From Saccostrea cucullata (lineage: Eukaryota), in assembly GCF_032062105.1 (NCBI RefSeq), contig NW_026925526.1, forward strand, positions 124,001 to 188,000: 64,000 nt of DNA. Direction: 5' to 3'. Shown piece after piece: positions 58,274-64,000 of this stretch. Positions within the stretch are counted from its first letter, which is position 1. Each line of letters starts with the position of its first letter. Under the pieces are notes generated by a model. That model searched no databases. It was not told the origin of the DNA and saw only the letters and a list, made by a program, of their open reading frames with translations. The position numbers and the translations under genes were made by a program.

Positions 58274-61200
58274 CTAGGCTGTTGAAGTATCATTGTCTGC
58301 GACAGATGATTGTGTTCTAGACTCCAAAGTGCTTCTGGAATCGGTCATTCGACTCGCTGTTTTCTTCTTTCGGGGTACAAACTTACAGACCATGCTATCG
58401 TTCACTTCATCCATATCGCCTCGACCTTTCAGCCAATATGTCGTCATCTTTCCCTTTCCCTAACAGTAGATAAAATTGACAATTTCTAGCGAAGTCTGAT
58501 TTTATCAGTTATATTAATAAATGTGATTATTCAAAACGAGGGAAACCGGTATGTTTTAAATCATTTCTACATATCAATCCTTCTTTATATTGAAAAGACA
58601 TTGAAAAGATATCAAATCTTGCAGGAAAACAAATTTTAAAAATGTATTATTCGTTATGTACAAGTATAATGATTTAGAATTTGAACATTTTGAAATGAGA
58701 TAGTAAACATATCATGAGGAAAAATACAAAAGAAAATGTGAGAGAGTAATTTTATTTTTTTCCGAGTAAGTTTTCAAAAGTATATTTAAAGATAAGTATG
58801 CTTATTCTAAATCGTAGATTAAATTCAGGATTATTAAAATATCTGAATTTACAGTACCTTGATTTCCACTTCTCCTCTTTCAACTAACGTAAATTGTCCT
58901 GAATTATATAAAATAGCATAGGTTGCTTCACTGCAGTGGATTTTCATTGCTATACAAAAAAACATAATAGAAATAGATGAATTCATAAAACATAAATAGA
59001 TACAATGAACTGTTAATATTTTTGGAATTGTGGCCCACAGGGCGAAGTGGATAAAGCGTTTTCTCTTGTATATAGCTAAGTACATGTAATTAGTTGATTT
59101 TTACTTTGGGGGTTCGAATCGCAGGATAAGGAGACCGTTCCGTCATGTGAGGCCGTATAAACCTAAACCCTTCGCTGCACTAGGTGCAAGCACGGAAAAG
59201 ATCGTAAACTGCTCAAAAGCAGTAAGTGCGGAGTACAAGTCTAAGTATGCAACCCCCAAATGAAAGTGGTAGCTGCTTCTCAAAATGAGGTAAATTTCCC
59301 AGAGACACTAAACAAACAAACAAAACATAGAGAGAGTTCATAATACCTCTTTTAAGAGAACCTTTCTTTAGACGATGGCTTGACACTAATTGAGATCATA
59401 AATGAGTAGAATTTTATCTTAAAGGGGTCGGCACCCGTAAACAATGGAAAAAAGTTCTTTTTATCTTCACATTTTGTCTTATTTGGGTATTTTTCAGCCA
59501 ACTTACGTAATCCTGAGGACTCCATTCTTGAAGCTGTATTAATGGTGTCACCAAAGAGACAATATCGCGGCATTTTGATCCCAACTACCCCTGCCACACA
59601 GGGACCTGATAAAGAAATCCAAACATGTTTAAGTTATAAAAAAGTGGATACCGAAAGGTAAGGAAAATTTCTTTATTCGGATAAACTGTACAAATTGTGG
59701 ACAGAAAACATCACTTAACCCCCAATAAACACCAGGCCCAGGTATCATGAGACATCTTAAGCATAAGTCAAAATATTCATGTTGTACTAAAATTTTGATT
59801 AAGTGAAGCAGACAAAACGTAAAGTATTTGTCAAAATTGCTTCACAAATTTTCAATTGCCTGTAAAATGTTTATTAATTATTGAATTAGTCTCTTAATTT
59901 GCAGAAAGCAACGCTTTTGGAAAAAAAGTGAAATATTTTAGTTAAGGGATGCTTGAATTCTACAACATTTCAATCAACATAAAGATTTTGATTATGATCA
60001 TGATCCCGAGTAGAAGGTAAAATCACCTGTCTCCCGATCACGCTGTGGGCATCTATATTGATTGGTAATTAATGGAATCATCCAAAGTCATAATTTGAAG
60101 TCAATGGTTTTAGATGTTGTGTACATGTCAGGTAAAATTATTAGGTTATATTTCAAACAAAATCAGTATATCAACTTTAAAATTTGCTAAGTAAAGAATC
60201 AAAAAAGAATTGTTCTTATACATTGTATTTACGATTCCTGTGACATCAACAGTAGTCTTCCCCGCTTTTTAAACTGATTATATTCAGAAAATGTCCTTGC
60301 GAACTGAATCTTTTTGGACACATATTTACATTAAATAAAGACTATGCTTTAGTAGAATTATACTACATAAAAGGGACTTTGACAATAGAAATGCAAAAAT
60401 CATCCTATTTATTAAAAACATGTAGTTTAGTTAGTTGGTCACTGACATCTAATGTAAGACTCCTGTTGTCTCTCTCAATTTCTCTTCTCAGGTAGAAGAT
60501 TTGAAAAATAATTCAACTTTATAAGGATCTTATAAACATATCAGGTAATAAAAGAGTACATTAAATAGCCATCGAAATTTCAACAGCGTTTATAAAACCT
60601 CGAAGGACCAACTAAAAACTGATTTATTTTTTATCCAAGGAAATCTGTTGGTGGCGTAGCGTCCATTCAGGCAAAAAGGGAAAATGTCTAGACATAATTT
60701 TGGGCAAAATTGACTTACATATTTTATCAGTAAATTATTTTGATAATCCAAATTATAAATTAAATATTTATTTTATAGATAAATTTTAAAAAAAGTTTTA
60801 GTACATATACATTTTGTAGCAAGTTTGCACAGACTTGGTTCTTTTAGTGCCTTAAGAAATAATGTTATTTCGAGGGAAATATAAATTCAAAAATGTCAAC
60901 TAAAAAAAAGTAAACTTTTTTTTATCTTAAAACGAAAAAAAAAATATCGAAGGTTGAAAGTCCATCAATAGATGAATTTGATTCCCCTTCAGAAATGGCC
61001 ACATTTGAATCAAAGCATGCAGTCAAGCCAAAACGTCAAAAAAATATTGCACATTCTTGCCATCACCTTTGGCAAATAAGGAAAACGCCGAGTTCCTCAA
61101 AACAACGTAGGAAGCTTTGATGATTTATTCCCAAGCAAGTAAGTATAAAGTGCCATGGGTGACAATAAACCCAAATTAGTTTCAAACTTACATGCAGTTA

Positions 61201-62232
61201 CAATCCATTAAACGTTCTACTTTCCCATTTTTACGGTCGCTTCATTCGTTCAACAGCATTCCCGATATATTGTTTTCATTTAATAATATAACTTAAGAGA
61301 TTTTGTTTAACATACATAGGGAGAGGGAGGGAGAAAAGACTGATTTGTCTTAATCGAATGAAAAACAAGTTCTTCTAAGATTTAACGTCAATTGTAATAA
61401 TGAGGTTTACAAACAAAGCAGAATTATTACAAGGTTTATCAGCTAAAACCTTGTAGCTTCTAACATGTAACATTAACAGATAACTATTAACATATGTATA
61501 GTGATTCAATGTCTACCTGTATGAATTCCAATCCGTATTCGGATATGATCCTTTCCAATTGTTGTTGGAATGAAAACTTGTTTTATTGCGGCGAGCAAAT
61601 CTATGGCCATAGTGGCTATTTCCTCCGCATGCTAGAAAAAATGCAAGTTTTGATTAAATGCTGGGAAGAAATAAATGGTGTTCCTGTTTTTAAGGTTAAG
61701 AAACACCAAAAATCCATTATCATCTCTTCATCCGCTTTTCAATACCTAAGTTTAATTGATAGTTCATCCGCTAACAAGTTGTAATTGAAAAATATGTGAA
61801 ATTGATTTTGTAATCAAAGCAGTTCGATGTCCTCTTGGAGTATTCATTTAATTTTTTCGTGAAATTAAGGAATCTTCGTAGTCAGATGAGAAAATACCTG
61901 TGATTGTGCTTTTTTAAATAGATTTTTCTTTTTGACGTACATATGTTGTGCACCTAATAAAGTCAACCAAGATAAAAACATTCATGTACTATCCTGTAAT
62001 AATTATGAAAGTATCTTTTTTATATAACTTTGTGTAATTTTAATTTGCTAGCTGTCATGTCATTAACGTTTATCTCACTAAATCAGGTACATGTATATAC
62101 CTTCTCGCCGTTTCTGTTGGGTACTCCGCTAGCTACCATGTAAGCATCGCCAATGGTTTCTACCTTGTATACGTCATATGTTTCTATTCTCACGTCAAAG
62201 ATGGAGTAAATAGTATTCAGTAACTCCACGAC
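58274..62232 (-). CDS. Guanylyl cyclase catalytic domain, 3' exons (probably receptor-type); gene continues upstream
   Basis: Phase-compatible GT-AG exons: 62101-62232 ([13 protein letters not shown]...[17 protein letters not shown]), 61517-61631 ([13 protein letters not shown]...RIGIHTG), 59507-59605 ([25 protein letters not shown]), 58858-58949 (KIHCSE...ERGEVEIK) and 58274-58459 ([10 protein letters not shown]...*). The GTP-specifying Glu and Cys are present. Confidence 0.9.
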
Positions 62233-62291
62233 CTGGAAAGAAATTTATTCCTATGATAAAGAAAACTCATTATAAAGCAAAGCAAATTGTA

Positions 62292-63208
62292 CGAGGGGTG
62301 ATCAAAAAACAATATTTGCAAAACCACAATTCAGATCAGAATGAAAATTGACACACATAGAGTCATACACATGTTCTGTAAATAGCATATGTGATAAAAT
62401 GTTTTGCTCCAGTTTTATGACGTCACAATGTGAAAATTACGTCAATATGTAGATCATTTGTGAAAAAAAATGGTTGACTCAGTCGTAGTCTCAAGCATCC
62501 AACGACTGTAAAGTTAGACGTATATCTTGGAAATTCCTTTGCAGTAATATATAATAATTTGTACACTATTTATGAAGATAAAAGACTTTCCAGAAGTTCA
62601 GTGATTAATTGGATTGATTGTTTTAATGAAGGAAGGAAGATGTTTAAAAATCATGTTTGTTTTGTTGCCATGTGAAAGCAAGCTGGAGAAGAGATGTGTC
62701 TCTTGTAAAGCAATTTGATATGAAAGATCACCAACTTACAGTTAGAAAAAAAATAGCTGAACATCTTTGCAATAATATAATTATTAGATCCCAAAATATC
62801 ATTTACTTTGGACTTTAAACATATAATATACGATGAAGGAGGCACCCATACTTTATCCACATCGAATAAATGACTCTCCCAAGACAGAGGACTCGGGTTA
62901 TGATGGTCACCATGCTCATTCTAGAAAAGGATATTATTCACCCATACTATTGCCGAAAATAGGCCATTTCTGTCGAATGGGTTGTGTTGCTTAACTCGTA
63001 TGGTAAGAAATAAAAGAATCGGAAAAATCATTTAGCTTCTGTGTCATGTGACCGCCTAGATCACGTGATTCGCGCATGGGCAAAATGATTGCAGATGCGC
63101 GTTTTAATTGGAGAGGACTACTTAAAAAATGTTTGAACACTAAAATCCTATATTATTTCTTTTATAGAAGTTATTCAATTACTTCGCGAACTGTTTGATC
63201 ACCCCTCG
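62292..63208. mobile_element. Mariner-type MITE in a cyclase intron, TA TSD
   Basis: ta|cgaggggtgatcaaa ... tttgatcacccctcg|ta. Confidence 0.8.
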
Positions 63209-64000
63209 TACAAGGGCAACAAAAAAGCGGAGCATCCCTTCGCAAAGAACATATCCGTATAATAAGACAGCTTTTAACATCGATCCAAATGCAAATGACG
63301 TCACTTCCAATTTGCACAAACGAACACACACACAAACGAACACACACTACTAGTATATCCCCTTCTATTTCGTTGCAGGGAAAAATAACTTTAGAATGCT
63401 CACTTGAATGAGTTAATTCAATCTGTTTCTTTTTTAAAAAATATAATTTGAAATGCAAACATTTCATATACACTGTACATGTTGAAGTAACGTCAACTCA
63501 TTTATAATTGCTATTATTTCTTAGAAGGATTCTTTATACTTTATCAAAGAACAACTTTACTTACTAGCACTTAAATTTGCCTTCTTCACATGCCTATAAT
63601 ATATTTCAAGACATTCTTGAAAGATATGCTTTTAAGGTAGAACCTACGTCGGAAAAGTCTTTGTCACAAGATTTTCAAACTTTTCAAAATGATAAATTAG
63701 TATTGCTTATCAATCAGTTAAAAGCTCGTGATATGTTTCCTTGTTTTTAAATCTAGCACAGCATGTGAAACTTGGTATGGTAATTACATACTGCGACTAC
63801 ACATTTTCAGGGGTACTTAACAAGAAGAAAAAATGAAAAATCACAAAAATACCTCTTCAAACATCGTCATTTATAGACTATATTAACTGAACAATATTAA
63901 GCAATATTTCTCAAGAATAATTTTTTTTTATTCAATTGACATAAAAGATAAGTCCACATTAAAAAAAAATGGGCAAATGAAGTCTATTTTTTTTAGTCAA

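Overview
This is an AT-rich eukaryotic (animal) genomic window, most likely from a bivalve such as an oyster. That assignment is inferred from the repeat families and gene content, not proven. Most ORFs in the supplied track are spurious. Intron-containing genes reconstructed by hand, all on the minus strand: (1) three tandem paralogues encoding small secreted His-rich proteins with 12 Cys, resembling the oyster cvSI/MEROPS I84 protease inhibitors (15847-26303); (2) a complete 8-coding-exon CARD caspase of 430 aa (35660-41289), whose 3' end and downstream flank are tandemly duplicated over ~4.1 kb; (3) the 3' catalytic exons of a guanylyl cyclase (58274-62232; gene continues upstream). One intact tRNA-Arg(TCG) lies at 21371-21443. 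The rest is dominated by transposable elements. These include a 7.3-kb foldback-like element with two oppositely oriented 36-bp satellite arrays and a 9-bp TSD; a five-level nested stack around a PIF/Harbinger element; a miniature LTR element with tRNA-like LTRs; IS3EU-, Mariner-, Kolobok- and P/hAT-type MITEs; and Penelope, RTE and CR1/L2 relics. All coordinates were read by eye and no searches were run.
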